Notes: a model not told the origin generated them from the letters alone. DNA of 64,000 nt from Bacteroidota bacterium (GCA_019695345.1 JAIBAE010000017.1:563-64562), one strand, 5' to 3'. Positions 19,292 through 30,490 are shown, numbered from the stretch's first letter. Numbers and translations are program-made.

Positions 19292-21649
19292 CTACCGTAA
19301 CTCCACTTGTGTTACACCTGCATCGCCTTCTCCAATACTACCCAAACGATATGACGCAACTTGCGGATGCTCGCGAAGAAACTCGTGGATTGCCTGACGC
19401 AACGCACCTGTTCCCTTACCGTGTATGATAGTTAGAAAAGGAACGTTACCGGCAATTGCATTATTGAGAAACACGTCAATGTTAGCCATTGCCTCGCCGG
19501 CGCGTTGTCCACGCACATCAATAGAGGTTGCTGCCGATAAATTCAGATTCTGTCCACTTGCAGCACGGGTGCGTTGAACATTTTTAATATCGGAATGTCG
19601 TAACTCCTGAACGTTCACTTTGAACTTAATTCCATTGAAATCAATGAGTGCTTGTTTGCCATCCAATTCAACAATCACACCAACCTGATTAGAATCCCGA
19701 ATAACAACCGAATCACCCAACACGAACTCTTCGCTCTGATTATTGGAGCTTTTTGGCGCAAACTGCTCAACGTTACTTATGATTTCCTTGCGGAGTTTCT
19801 CAATATCTTGTTTTACCTCGCCAACCGGACGAGACTGTTCACGAATTTCTTTAATGGCTTGCTCAACTTGCGATTGCGCTTTACGTACAACTTCTGCTGC
19901 CTCACTGTTCGCAGTCTCCATGAGTTTACGGTATTTTACTTTAAAGTCATTAAAACGTTGCTCATATTCTTTACGCTTTTTCTCCGCTTCCGATAGTTCT
20001 TTAAATGTATCCATACGAAGTTTCTCTGCTTCCATACGATACTTTTGCATCACAGCTATACTCTGTTCAAGTTCGCTGTGTTTATCGCCCAGGTATTCCT
20101 TAGCGCGGTTCATCACAACTTCCGGCAACCCAACAGATTTTGCTAACTCAAATGCGTAAGAATTTCCAGGAACACCTTGCAAAAACTTATACGTCGGAAC
20201 AAGCTTCTCAGGATTAAACTCAAGCGACGCATTTGCTATTTTCTCTCGGCTTAATGCATAACTTTTTAGTGAGCTTTGGTGCGTTGTAACCACAAAGAAT
20301 GCTCCGCGTTCTATAAAAGAATCTAACACTCCGCTTGCTAAAGCACTACCTTCTGTGGGGTCGGTACCGGAGCAAATTTCATCAACTAACACCAATGCAT
20401 CCGGCGCACAAAACGAGAGGATATCTCGTAGGCGTAGAATCTGTGATGAAAAGGTTGATAAATCAGATTCAATACTTTGGTGGTCTCCAATTGCCGCAAG
20501 CAAACGCCGTGGATTTGTAGTACACTCCCCTAACGGAAAAATACCCGATAACGCCATAGCAATGTTTAACCCAATGCTTTTCATGGCAACCGATTTCCCT
20601 CCGGCGTTCGGACCGGAAATAAGATGTCCGCACGTTTTAATATCAAAGGTCACTGTAAGTGGAATAACATTCTTTGCACCTTTGGATTGCAGTAACAACG
20701 GATGAAAGATATTCCGCAGTTCTACTAACGGTTCATCAACAATACGAGGTTTAATACCACCATTTTGAATTGCATACTGTGCCTTTGCATGAATTGTATC
20801 CAACAACGTTAACGTGGATAAACTTCGTTCAATATCATACGCTACTCCGCCAATCTCACCTGTTAATGTAGAAAGAATACGAACAATCTCTCGTTGCTCT
20901 TCGCTATGTAGCAGAGAGAGTTCGTTGTTCATTTCAAATGTTTCCATTGGCTCTAAAAATACAGTAGAACCCGATGACGAAACACCATGAATCAAACCCG
21001 GAATAGCACGTTTACTTTCTACCTTTAACGGAAGTACAAATCTGCCTTCACGTTGTGTAACGTATTCTTCTTGCAACAAATCATCCTCGCCAAGTTTGGC
21101 AAGTATCTTTTGTAAACGGTTACGAAGCTTTGCACTGGTTTCAAAAATGTCGGCACGAATACGTTGTAGTTCTTTTGTAGCGTTATCACGGATATTTCCG
21201 GTTTCATCAATTGCATCGGTAATATGCTTTTCCAATAATCTGTTTTCGTACAGATTATTACTCATTTCGGTAAGACCGGGCATAGCATCACGCTGGCGAA
21301 CAAAGAAGGCAATTAACCTACGCGAGGATTGCAGTACTTCCAGCACATCTAAAATCTCACCCGATTGCAAAAAGGCACCGGCAATCAACGACTTCTGTAT
21401 CTGTGCAGAAATATCTTCCGTGCGTTCCATTGGGAACGTTTCACCACTTAGCAGTAACGTGTACATTTCATACACACGTTCATGTTCGGCTTGTAACCAC
21501 GGCACATCATTCAACGGAACAATGTCCAACAGGTGTTCTTTTCCAAGCACCGTCATGCAATGCCGTGCAACAATCTCCCGCACTTTCGGGAATTCAACTT
21601 CTTCTAACGATACACGTAGTAATTCTTCTTCCTGTTTAACGCTGTCCAT
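19292..21649 (-). CDS. mutS2: Endonuclease MutS2
   Basis: MutS domain III/ATPase (GPNAGGKS Walker A), long coiled-coil, C-terminal Smr domain. 785 aa. Confidence 0.9.
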   Translation of the reverse strand: MDSVKQEEELLRVSLEEVEFPKVREIVARHCMTVLGKEHLLDIVPLNDVPWLQAEHERVYEMYTLLLSGETFPMERTEDISAQIQKSLIAGAFLQSGEILDVLEVLQSSRRLIAFFVRQRDAMPGLTEMSNNLYENRLLEKHITDAIDETGNIRDNATKELQRIRADIFETSAKLRNRLQKILAKLGEDDLLQEEYVTQREGRFVLPLKVESKRAIPGLIHGVSSSGSTVFLEPMETFEMNNELSLLHSEEQREIVRILSTLTGEIGGVAYDIERSLSTLTLLDTIHAKAQYAIQNGGIKPRIVDEPLVELRNIFHPLLLQSKGAKNVIPLTVTFDIKTCGHLISGPNAGGKSVAMKSIGLNIAMALSGIFPLGECTTNPRRLLAAIGDHQSIESDLSTFSSQILRLRDILSFCAPDALVLVDEICSGTDPTEGSALASGVLDSFIERGAFFVVTTHQSSLKSYALSREKIANASLEFNPEKLVPTYKFLQGVPGNSYAFELAKSVGLPEVVMNRAKEYLGDKHSELEQSIAVMQKYRMEAEKLRMDTFKELSEAEKKRKEYEQRFNDFKVKYRKLMETANSEAAEVVRKAQSQVEQAIKEIREQSRPVGEVKQDIEKLRKEIISNVEQFAPKSSNNQSEEFVLGDSVVIRDSNQVGVIVELDGKQALIDFNGIKFKVNVQELRHSDIKNVQRTRAASGQNLNLSAATSIDVRGQRAGEAMANIDVFLNNAIAGNVPFLTIIHGKGTGALRQAIHEFLREHPQVASYRLGSIGEGDAGVTQVELR

Positions 21650-21734
21650 AAATTCTTTTAAATATTAATTGGGTACCGTATGTGCAAACTCACGCCCGCG
21701 TACTGCGGCAACCCTGTCCGCACCAACCCTTGGT

Positions 21735-22182
21735 TTATGCTAAAATCTTTTTAACTAATGTTTGAATAATTGTTCCGTCGGCTTTACCTTTTAAATTTTT
21801 CATAGCAACACCCATCACTTTACCAAAGTCACCGGCACCTGTTGCACCAACCTCTGCTACAATTGCACGAAGTTCTGCTTCTACTTCTTCTTCACTTAAT
21901 TGTTTAGGCATAAATTCCATTAAAATTGCAAGCTCTTGTTTTTCTTTATCTGCAAGTTCAGTTCTACCATATTGTTCGTATTGAGCAATAGAGTCTTTAC
22001 GCTTTTTAACACCTGCATTTACAATGCGTAAGAATTCTTCTTCACCTAAAGCTTTATCTGTTCCACTCTTTTCAAACTCAATAATCCCAGCCCTAACCGA
22101 GCGGAGTGTTTCCAAACGGATAGAATCTTTAGAAATCATTGCTTGCTTAATTCCATCGTTTATTACAGCTACAAAATCCATA
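21735..22182 (-). CDS. GatB/YqeY-domain protein
   Basis: Likely start is the ATG at 22182 (MDFVAVINDGIKQA...), preceded by AGGAG. The ORF-track 5' extension is not conserved-looking. Confidence 0.8.
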
Positions 22183-22362
22183 TTACTCCTTGTTATATGT
22201 AGATATATCAAAAATTTTCTGTCGGCAAAAATACAATGCAAACTATAGACGCAGATGCACAGTTCGCAGTGCAATTGTAGAATGTTTCCCTTTGAAATGA
22301 TGCTGACCTTTGTATATTCGCACACAATCGAACGGATTTTGTAGAACCGAACCTTTGGTGAA

Positions 22363-22860
22363 ATGAGTGTAACAACAACCGAACAACTCGACGAATTAAA
22401 ATCACAATTTGCCGAGTTTCTCAAACAGAAAATGTATCGCAATACACAGGAACGCTACCGTGTTTTAGAGCGCATTGCAGAGGTTGACCAACATTTCAGT
22501 GCCGATGAGTTGTACTTAATAATGCATAACCAAGGCGACAGGGTTTCGCGTGCTACAATTTATTCTACACTCGATTTACTAACACGTTGTAATATCTTGG
22601 TAAAGCACCGCTTTCAGGGCGAAAGTGCTACGTATGAATTACGCTCTCGGATGCCGCATCACGACCACTTACTGTGTACAGAATGCGGACATATTGTTGA
22701 GTTTAATGCACACGAATTGGAAGAAATTTCAAAAAAAATAGCACAGAAGTTCGGCTTCAAAGCTGTTGAACATTCGTATCAGATTTTTGCAATGTGTCCG
22801 GATTCATCAACGTGTACAAACAATCCTGCTAATACTCCGAAACCATTATTGGCATCGTAA
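22363..22860 (+). CDS. fur: Fur-family metal-responsive transcriptional regulator
   Basis: HHDHLLCTECGHIVEF metal-binding motif and a winged-helix N-terminus. Confidence 0.8.
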   Translation: MSVTTTEQLDELKSQFAEFLKQKMYRNTQERYRVLERIAEVDQHFSADELYLIMHNQGDRVSRATIYSTLDLLTRCNILVKHRFQGESATYELRSRMPHHDHLLCTECGHIVEFNAHELEEISKKIAQKFGFKAVEHSYQIFAMCPDSSTCTNNPANTPKPLLAS

Positions 22861-22994
22861 AGTATCAGGTTGAGTCATGGTAAATGTTGTTTAGATTGCG
22901 GCGGTTCTCTCCATGCAGATTACGTTGTTAAATTGGTAGCGGCACGGAGCAGAAAACAAAAAAGAAAATATTTTAAGAGTAATACAGTACGATA

Positions 22995-25379
22995 ATGGCG
23001 ATTAAAAATCTGGTAATAGTTGAGTCCCCTGCAAAGGCAAAAACCATTGAGAAATATCTTGGTGGTGATTTTATAGTACGTAGTTGCCAAGGTCACATCA
23101 GAGATTTGGTAAAGGGCGATGCAGCTATAGATATTAAAAACGGATTTACCCCGCTCTATGAAGTTTCGGATGAAAAGAAACATTTGGTTTCGGAATTAAA
23201 AAAGTTAGCCAATCAAGCTGAAACAGTATGGCTGGCAAGCGACGAAGACCGCGAGGGAGAAGCTATCAGTTGGCATTTGTTTGAAGCATTAAAACTGAAA
23301 AAAGATTCCACGCGTAGAATTGTGTTTAATGAAATTACAAAGACCGCCATTTTGAAAGCGATTGCAAATCCACGTGGTATAGATGAGAACTTAGTTAATG
23401 CACAGCAAGCCAGAAGAATATTAGATAGACTTGTGGGTTTTGAGGTTTCGCCTGTGTTATGGAGAAAAATACAACGTGGGTTATCGGCCGGCAGAGTGCA
23501 ATCGGTTGCTGTTCGTTTGATTGTAGAACGCGAAAAAGAAATACGTGCGTTTGAATCTTCATCAACATTTAGAATAACCGCTGAATTTGATGCCGGAAAT
23601 GGTAAAGTTCTTACAGCAGAGTTACCAAAGAAATTTGAAACAGAACAAGACGCACGTGCTTTCTTAGAGCGTTGCATAAACGCCAATTTTACCATTGGAA
23701 ACCTAGAAACTAAACCAGCTAAAAAATCGCCTTCACCACCGTTTACTACATCAACCCTACAACAGGAAGCATCGCGTAAGTTAGGGTTTTCGATTGCCCA
23801 AACTATGCAGATTGCACAGAAATTGTACGAAGGCGGATTGATTACCTACATGCGTACAGACTCAGTTAACTTGAGCGAGGATGCGCTATCGGCAGCTAAA
23901 TCGGCTATAACAAACATGTACGGTGGTGAGTATTCAAACACACGCCAGTACACAACAAAATCGTTTAATGCGCAAGAAGCACACGAGGCGATTCGTCCAA
24001 CAGACTTTACGGTTCAGGCAGTTGATGGCGATTATGGTGCACAGCGTTTGTATGATTTAATTTGGAAACGTTCTGTTGCATCGCAAATGGCTGATGCTCA
24101 ATTAGAAAAAACTGTAGCAACAATCAATACATCTACAACACCAGAGAATTTAGTTGCCACTGGAGAGGTTTTGAAATTCGATGGATTCTTAAAAGCATAC
24201 ATGGAATCAAGTGATGATGAAACAGATTCAGAAGATTCAAAGAAGATGCTTCCGCCGTTAAATGTTGGTCAGAACTTGCCGCTACAACAAATGAACGCAA
24301 CGGAGAAATTCTCCAGACCTTCTGCACGATATACAGAAGCGACACTTGTTAAGCGTTTAGAGGAACTTGGCATTGGCCGCCCATCTACGTATGCGCCAAC
24401 AATCTCAACAATTCAAAAACGTGGGTATGTTGTAAAAGAAGACCGTGAAGGAAGAGTACGTGAATACAAGTTATTTACCCTTGTACAAAACTCAATCTCG
24501 TTAGAAAAGAAAACAGAAAACTATGGCGCGGAAAAATCCAAGCTCTTCCCTACCGATATTGGCATATTGGTAACTGATTTTCTTATTAATCACTTCACTA
24601 CTATTCTTGACTACAGTTTTACAGCTAATGTAGAAGAGAAGTTTGATGAAATTGCAACTGGTAAAATTGAATGGCATTCTATGCTTGGTGAGTTCTACGC
24701 TCCATTCCACGATACTGTAGTAAATACACTTGGCACAGCAGAGCGCGCAACTGGTGAACGTATGATAGGTGTTGACCCATCAACCGGCAAAAATATGTAT
24801 GCCAGGATGGGACGCTATGGAGCTTATGTACAGATTGGCGAAAATGATGATGAAACCAAAAAGTATGCAAATATTAAGGGCTCACTTTCTATTGAAACGA
24901 TAACAGTTGATGAGGCTCTAACGCTATTCCGCTTACCACGTATTGTTGGTGAATATGAAGACAAGGAACTTAAAGTAGCTGTAGGAAGATTTGGACCATA
25001 TGTGCAACACGGTTCTTTGTTTGCTTCGCTTACAAAGGAAGATGACCCTTATACAATTGACCAAGCCCGCGCCATTGAACTTGTTGAGAAAAAACGTCAG
25101 GCAGAGATTGAACGGAATATCAAATTATTCCCAGAGAATCCCGATGTCAAGATTTTAAAAGGTAGATGGGGTCCGTTTTTAGCAATTGGCAAGAATAATT
25201 ATAAACTTCCAAAAGGCACCGACCCTAAAGTATTGTCTTTAGAGGATTGTTTACAAATTGCTGCGCAAGATAAACAGTCACAACCTCTGCCAACAGCTGC
25301 AGCAAAAGCACCGGCTAAAAAAGCAGCAGCAAAGAAAACTCTTGCAAAGAAGGCAGCCAAAAAAGCAACAACAAAGTAA
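22995..25379 (+). CDS. topA: DNA topoisomerase I
   Basis: TOPRIM N-terminus (MAIKNLVIVESPAKAKTIEKYLG), active-site region, Zn-ribbon-like C-terminal repeats, Lys/Ala-rich tail. Confidence 0.95.
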   Translation: MAIKNLVIVESPAKAKTIEKYLGGDFIVRSCQGHIRDLVKGDAAIDIKNGFTPLYEVSDEKKHLVSELKKLANQAETVWLASDEDREGEAISWHLFEALKLKKDSTRRIVFNEITKTAILKAIANPRGIDENLVNAQQARRILDRLVGFEVSPVLWRKIQRGLSAGRVQSVAVRLIVEREKEIRAFESSSTFRITAEFDAGNGKVLTAELPKKFETEQDARAFLERCINANFTIGNLETKPAKKSPSPPFTTSTLQQEASRKLGFSIAQTMQIAQKLYEGGLITYMRTDSVNLSEDALSAAKSAITNMYGGEYSNTRQYTTKSFNAQEAHEAIRPTDFTVQAVDGDYGAQRLYDLIWKRSVASQMADAQLEKTVATINTSTTPENLVATGEVLKFDGFLKAYMESSDDETDSEDSKKMLPPLNVGQNLPLQQMNATEKFSRPSARYTEATLVKRLEELGIGRPSTYAPTISTIQKRGYVVKEDREGRVREYKLFTLVQNSISLEKKTENYGAEKSKLFPTDIGILVTDFLINHFTTILDYSFTANVEEKFDEIATGKIEWHSMLGEFYAPFHDTVVNTLGTAERATGERMIGVDPSTGKNMYARMGRYGAYVQIGENDDETKKYANIKGSLSIETITVDEALTLFRLPRIVGEYEDKELKVAVGRFGPYVQHGSLFASLTKEDDPYTIDQARAIELVEKKRQAEIERNIKLFPENPDVKILKGRWGPFLAIGKNNYKLPKGTDPKVLSLEDCLQIAAQDKQSQPLPTAAAKAPAKKAAAKKTLAKKAAKKATTK

Positions 25380-25395
25380 CATTTTTACAGCATAC

Positions 25396-25433
25396 AAAAA
25401 GTCAGGTATCACTTGGTATCTGACTTTTTTTGT
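25396..25433 (+). terminator. Rho-independent terminator after topA
   Basis: Hairpin aaaaagtcag...ctgacttttt followed by TTTTTTG. Confidence 0.6.
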
Positions 25434-25521
25434 TTTCAGCAAGAGCAATCATCAAAGCAACAATCCACACTGTGCATGGACAGAACCTCTCTCGCGATGT
25501 TTGGCAGTTATCGCAGATGGG

Positions 25522-25592
25522 ATTTTCTTCGGCAAGAAGCGATTGTTACTAAAGAGTGGTTAGGTGCCGTCTGCGGTAGCAGAAAATAAAAA
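25522..25592 (+). repeat. Family-2 bipartite element (variant)
   Basis: ttcttcggcaagaagc ... ggtgccgtctgcggtagcagaaaataaaaa. Confidence 0.55.
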
Positions 25593-25622
25593 AGGAGTAC
25601 CCGTGTTTTGGATACTCCTTTT
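25590..25622 (-). terminator. Rho-independent terminator after the 25642..27732 gene
   Basis: Hairpin aaaaggagta-cccgtgttttgga-tactcctttt with a T-run on the minus strand. Confidence 0.55.
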
Positions 25623-25641
25623 AACGTATGCAACGTTTTTA

Positions 25642-27732
25642 TTAACGAACTACATTGATTGTTTTAGATGCCATGTTAGCACCAACCTTAACAACAACAT
25701 AATAAGCACCATTTGCTAATTCGTTAGTTTCTAAAGGAAGGTTATATGTTCCGGGGTTAATTACACCGTTATATAACGATGCAACTTTGGAACCAAGAGC
25801 ATTAAACACTTCTACGGAAGCAATACCACTACGCTCTGATCCAAATTGAATGGTAGCACCGTTGTTACCTGCAGGATTTGGGAAAGAAGCAATTGTTAAT
25901 CCATCTTCGCGAACAACGCCGGTTTCATCATCAACAGCATTAATACCAGATAAAGGCACTGTTGCAAACCAAACATCGGCAACACGACTTGGCTGAATAA
26001 TTTGTGGATTACCAACCCAACATCCCGGAGCAGCATCCGATTGCCACATCATGTACAGGAACCCATCAACTGTGTTTTCATATACTGTAGCATCACGATT
26101 ATCACGTCCTGTTTGACTTAATAACTGAGGAGTTGACCAAGATCCATCGGATTTACGAACTGTTACATAGGTATTCATAAATAGAGCATCGCCCCAAACT
26201 GTATCTGCTACGAAATCATTTTCAACAATTGGATCCGTGTCTGCATCTTTATCCCATGGTAATGATTTCATATCACCATTAACAAAAGAAGAATAAACAC
26301 ATAACAAGTTACCTGATGCTTCATCGTACGATAATATAGGGCGGCTTGACATTCCTTCGCCATTGCGAGCAGAAATCACTGTACCTTTACCATCCCACAT
26401 ACCTCCACACGGTGGTGCCATAGCAACAGCATTTTGTTCTCCCTCTTTCCAATAAGCCATTCCTAATGATGTATATGCAGGATTCTCTTTAACCGCAATT
26501 ACATCCACGGTATCACCACCAGAATTTGCAATTGAATCTTGACCATTACTACCTTTAACCAATTCGCCAACTCCAAACAATGAACACATATACTGACCAA
26601 ATATTACATGTGCTTTTTCATCTTTATCTAAAATCACGTTTATGCTTGTACCAGGTGTAGGTACGGTATCTGTGTGATAACTTACTTTTCCACCACCAAT
26701 ACTGGTTGAATAAATTTTCCCTGATGTTCTGCTTGGTCCGGTGAACATAACTCCTTCGGCACCATCAATACCGGTAAAGTTCGCACCATTATCGGTTGAC
26801 TTATAGATACGTAACCAAGTACTAGCATTACCAGAATAAGCAATAACTACGGTGTTGCCTCTGGCAGCAATAGCATAATCATCACCACCTGAACAACGTA
26901 CATTCAAGTTTTCCAGATTGTTTATTGCTAATTCATCTGACCAATTTTTACCACCATTAGTAGAACGAATGTAACCAAGCGTACCAGATTTACTATCTGT
27001 GGTTTGGTATGAATAAATTACGTGAATATATCCTTTACCATCTACTGCTGCACGTGCCCATAATCCGTTTGCAGTTGAAGAACCGCAAGATTGTGATGAA
27101 AATGATGCTACTCCAAATTCACTATTTGTTGTAAATAACAACCCATTAGATCCTGCTGGGTGCGCAACAATACCTGCTTTACCATTTGTTCCTAATTGAA
27201 TTAAATTACAGAATCCAGCCCTTTCATTTTCTGCACGTTTCCATTTTGCATTTCCGGCAGGTTCTAGTAATGTAGGTTTAGTCATGTCAGTTAGATCCAT
27301 AACTGCATAATAGCTACCTCTATCAGGATAAATAGTTGGAGAAGCCCAGTGTGTTGAATAATTGGTATCACCCGAAGCAATCCAAACGGCTTGAGCATAG
27401 TGTGTTCCACCGTCCACAAATGATCCTATTCGTCGATAGATTGAACCATTTGTTTGTAAATCGTAGGCAGTTGTACCCAATTTAACTGTGTTCATTGGGG
27501 TTGCAAATAACTTGTTTGCTTTTTTATTAGACTGAGCTACAGCATTTTTTGCCGCTGCCTCAATTTGTTGGATTGTAGGAAGTGAAGCACTAGGTTTAAC
27601 AGCTTTGGTTGTAGTAATAACCTTTTCAGAGCTATTATCTTTGCTCATTGGCGAAATCCCTTTTGCCTGAACAGCGCCAGTTGCAGTTATACCTATGCAA
27701 ATTAGTACTAAAGCACTAGTAACTTTAAGCAT
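25642..27732 (-). CDS. Secreted BNR/Asp-box repeat protein with T9SS C-terminal sorting domain
   Basis: Signal peptide. Asp-box-like motifs (STDNGANF, STNGGKNWSD). C-terminal Por_Secre_tail (NGAYYVVVKVG...INVVR). Confidence 0.55.
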   Translation of the reverse strand: MLKVTSALVLICIGITATGAVQAKGISPMSKDNSSEKVITTTKAVKPSASLPTIQQIEAAAKNAVAQSNKKANKLFATPMNTVKLGTTAYDLQTNGSIYRRIGSFVDGGTHYAQAVWIASGDTNYSTHWASPTIYPDRGSYYAVMDLTDMTKPTLLEPAGNAKWKRAENERAGFCNLIQLGTNGKAGIVAHPAGSNGLLFTTNSEFGVASFSSQSCGSSTANGLWARAAVDGKGYIHVIYSYQTTDSKSGTLGYIRSTNGGKNWSDELAINNLENLNVRCSGGDDYAIAARGNTVVIAYSGNASTWLRIYKSTDNGANFTGIDGAEGVMFTGPSRTSGKIYSTSIGGGKVSYHTDTVPTPGTSINVILDKDEKAHVIFGQYMCSLFGVGELVKGSNGQDSIANSGGDTVDVIAVKENPAYTSLGMAYWKEGEQNAVAMAPPCGGMWDGKGTVISARNGEGMSSRPILSYDEASGNLLCVYSSFVNGDMKSLPWDKDADTDPIVENDFVADTVWGDALFMNTYVTVRKSDGSWSTPQLLSQTGRDNRDATVYENTVDGFLYMMWQSDAAPGCWVGNPQIIQPSRVADVWFATVPLSGINAVDDETGVVREDGLTIASFPNPAGNNGATIQFGSERSGIASVEVFNALGSKVASLYNGVINPGTYNLPLETNELANGAYYVVVKVGANMASKTINVVR

Positions 27733-27929
27733 ATAAAATCCTTGATTTGTAAAAAATGGAGTTAATTTTTGTTAACGTAAAGACAAAGATACTAACTGTC
27801 AATACCTTTTGTCAAAATTGTTTTTTTATGATTGGAAATTGAAACCGTCTCAAAAACTTGGCAATACCTAATTAACTACTATAACACTTTAACATTAAGA
27901 TAATTTCCAGGAAACATTAAATAGTAACA

Positions 27930-29501
27930 TTAAAATCTGAATCTGGCGGTTGCTACACCAATGGAGAGGGTTGGATCTTTTGCAGAAATATAGGTTAGTA
28001 AGTCTCGAGTTGAGAGTCCCAACTCCCAAAATCCGTCAAAAATTGAAAACATTACTCCGGCTGGCATATTAAATCCCATTGAGCCACCAAACGTAAAACC
28101 ACCGTTAACATGCAACCAAGAGCGTATCTGGTAGGCCGCCCCCAAAGAGAACATTACTTCCGATAAATTTCCGGGCTGTAAACTTGTTGCAGGTATTATG
28201 ATATCCATGCCGATGTCCCGCATCACACCAATATTTCTTGACACACCCAACCGTATTCTTGTTGGTAAGGTTGATTCTATAGAACTCAATCCAGCCCATT
28301 TAAATCCTCCTTCGCCTTGTATTTTTTGTGCTTCGGTAAAAATGTTATAGCTATTAAACCCTGTTGAAGACATACCATTTAGCAAGTAATCCTCTGCCTT
28401 AAACACGTTACCATCCCAATACATTCTTCCCAAATCCAATACAGAAATTCCAATCCGCCATTTATTGGAAATCAAGATAGTAGTCCCAATATCAACTCCA
28501 AACCCTCTACCCACCGGAATCATCCCTGTGCCATCAATTTTTGATGGCGAGACAGCTTTCCCATAATTAATATTAAACAATGGCGTAACAGCCGAATACG
28601 CATTAAGCTGACCATTTTCATCTACATAAGAATTCAAATTAGCGTATCCAACAATATACTTTAAACCGATACCCAAATACCACTTGTTCTTAATACCTCC
28701 AAAAATCTTCCTGCCATAACTAACGTTATATTCACGAGTCCACATCATAGAAATTCTGGTTGAATCAAACAACTCAGAATACAATTTTGGGGAACGTGAA
28801 TACCCGATAATGGTACCATCCCATTCCCGGGTATACGATGAATCAAAATACGAATAATACCTACCTAAAAATGCAAGTTGTGCTGCGGATGCATTAAATG
28901 TAAACTCAGCTGATACTCTTTCACGCACACTAAACGCAACGCCTCCGTATCGTTCAGATTGATACGCACCACCCAATAAAATGGCATCTGCATTCAACAA
29001 CACACCTTTGCCAGTAAAGTTATCTGCAGCCTTTTGTTTGTCGGCTAAAGTAAACTGTTCGCTGTTAAAAGAAAAAACGGCATCAAGTAAATTAGAACGG
29101 TTCATTGCATTTGAGTGCACTGCAACACCAAGTTCACCAAGAGTCACCGACCAATTTCTTTTCCTCCTGGAAATTTGAAGTTGTAATGGTGATGGTTCTT
29201 CATAAATAATTTCTTCGGGAATAAAACCAAGATTAGCAGGGTTAACACCAATCGCTTGATAATCACTAACTAACGTAGTTCCTATGGCATTCTGACCTAA
29301 ACGGGAGTAATCATTCAATTCCGATTGCGAATACATAGGATTGGTAGCTAACACTGTTACTGCTGCGCAAACCGCGCCAAACCACAACCTCCAATATTGC
29401 ACCCCATGTGCGGGATAGAACAGACACGAAACAACAAACCCATAATCGTTTAGTTTGGTTGTTGATGAAGTAAGATTATTTGTGCTTTGTATTACGTTCA
29501 C
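27930..29501 (-). CDS. Outer-membrane beta-barrel protein (FadL/PorV-like?)
   Basis: Signal-like hydrophobic segment, QAIGVNPANL motif, alternating amphipathic strands, ends in F. The true start may be internal. Confidence 0.4.
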   Translation of the reverse strand: MNVIQSTNNLTSSTTKLNDYGFVVSCLFYPAHGVQYWRLWFGAVCAAVTVLATNPMYSQSELNDYSRLGQNAIGTTLVSDYQAIGVNPANLGFIPEEIIYEEPSPLQLQISRRKRNWSVTLGELGVAVHSNAMNRSNLLDAVFSFNSEQFTLADKQKAADNFTGKGVLLNADAILLGGAYQSERYGGVAFSVRERVSAEFTFNASAAQLAFLGRYYSYFDSSYTREWDGTIIGYSRSPKLYSELFDSTRISMMWTREYNVSYGRKIFGGIKNKWYLGIGLKYIVGYANLNSYVDENGQLNAYSAVTPLFNINYGKAVSPSKIDGTGMIPVGRGFGVDIGTTILISNKWRIGISVLDLGRMYWDGNVFKAEDYLLNGMSSTGFNSYNIFTEAQKIQGEGGFKWAGLSSIESTLPTRIRLGVSRNIGVMRDIGMDIIIPATSLQPGNLSEVMFSLGAAYQIRSWLHVNGGFTFGGSMGFNMPAGVMFSIFDGFWELGLSTRDLLTYISAKDPTLSIGVATARFRF

Positions 29502-30490
29502 AAATCTGTTGTTTGAGATTCAATTATCCTTGTAATTTCTTCCGCTATCCTCAATGCTTCAGCGGCATCTGTTGCGGTAACACTAACAGGTGCATTGTCT
29601 AATACCGATGCGATAAATGACTTTTGCTCTTCTGCAATAGCATTACTTTGAACAACCGTAGGTTGTTCGTACACAATGTTCTTTTGTTTTGTTCCTTGCT
29701 CAATTTGTCCTAACATCATAGCCGGAACGCCTGATGATTTTTCGTCGTTATCTGCCAACCTGTATACCTCAATACTTGGCTTTGCAAAGTCCAGCGAGAG
29801 ATATGCATTCTTTTGGAATATCCGCATCTTTCTCATTGGTGCTGCCGATATTCTGGATGCAGTGAAGTTAGCAACACATCCATTTTCAAACTCTACTCGT
29901 GCATTTGCTAAGTCTGGTGTTTCTGTAAGTACTGCCACACCATTTGCCGAAATACTCTTAGCCGAAGACTGCGCCAACCACAACACAATATCAATATCAT
30001 GTATCATCAAGTCATGTATTACCGAAACATCCGTAGCTCTTGGGCGGAACTGTGATAACCTATGTGTTTCAATAAACAACGGACGCAAGTTATATTCATT
30101 TGCAGCCACCAACGCCGGGTTAAACCGTTCCACATGACCCACTTGGATAATAAGATTCCGCTTCTTGGCTTCCTCTATTAAAGTGAGTGCTTGCTGATAC
30201 GTGTGTGTGATTGGTTTTTCAATGAGCACGTGTTTGTTTTGCTGTAAACATTGCATTGCAACATCAAAATGTTCCGATGTTGGTACCGCTATGGTTATTG
30301 CATCAGACTCAGCTATTGCGTAATCAATGGAATCAAACAATGGTACATTCAATTCTTGTGCCTTAATTGCTGCACTCTCTGTATTTACATCGTACACACC
30401 AACTAATTCAGCACGTTCGTGCTGTTTCCAGAGCTTTGCATGGATACTTCCTAAATGCCCAACTCCTATAACTGATACTTTTAATTTCAT
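29498..30490 (-). CDS. Gfo/Idh/MocA family NAD(P)-dependent oxidoreductase
   Basis: N-terminal Rossmann fold MKLKVSVIGVGHLGSIH and the EKP motif. Confidence 0.8.
   Translation of the reverse strand: MKLKVSVIGVGHLGSIHAKLWKQHERAELVGVYDVNTESAAIKAQELNVPLFDSIDYAIAESDAITIAVPTSEHFDVAMQCLQQNKHVLIEKPITHTYQQALTLIEEAKKRNLIIQVGHVERFNPALVAANEYNLRPLFIETHRLSQFRPRATDVSVIHDLMIHDIDIVLWLAQSSAKSISANGVAVLTETPDLANARVEFENGCVANFTASRISAAPMRKMRIFQKNAYLSLDFAKPSIEVYRLADNDEKSSGVPAMMLGQIEQGTKQKNIVYEQPTVVQSNAIAEEQKSFIASVLDNAPVSVTATDAAEALRIAEEITRIIESQTTDL

Noticed and set aside
21096-21668. 190-aa plus-strand ORF inside mutS2
   Set aside because: It is antisense to a well-supported 785-aa MutS2 frame, has Ser/Cys-rich low-complexity content, and has no translation signals.
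21735-22442. 5'-extended ORFs 21735..22442, 31529..33202 and 33277..35475
   Set aside because: The extensions are low-complexity or overlap neighbouring genes. Internal ATGs with good SD sequences (22182, 31760, 33346) give proteins of canonical length with proper N-termini or signal peptides.
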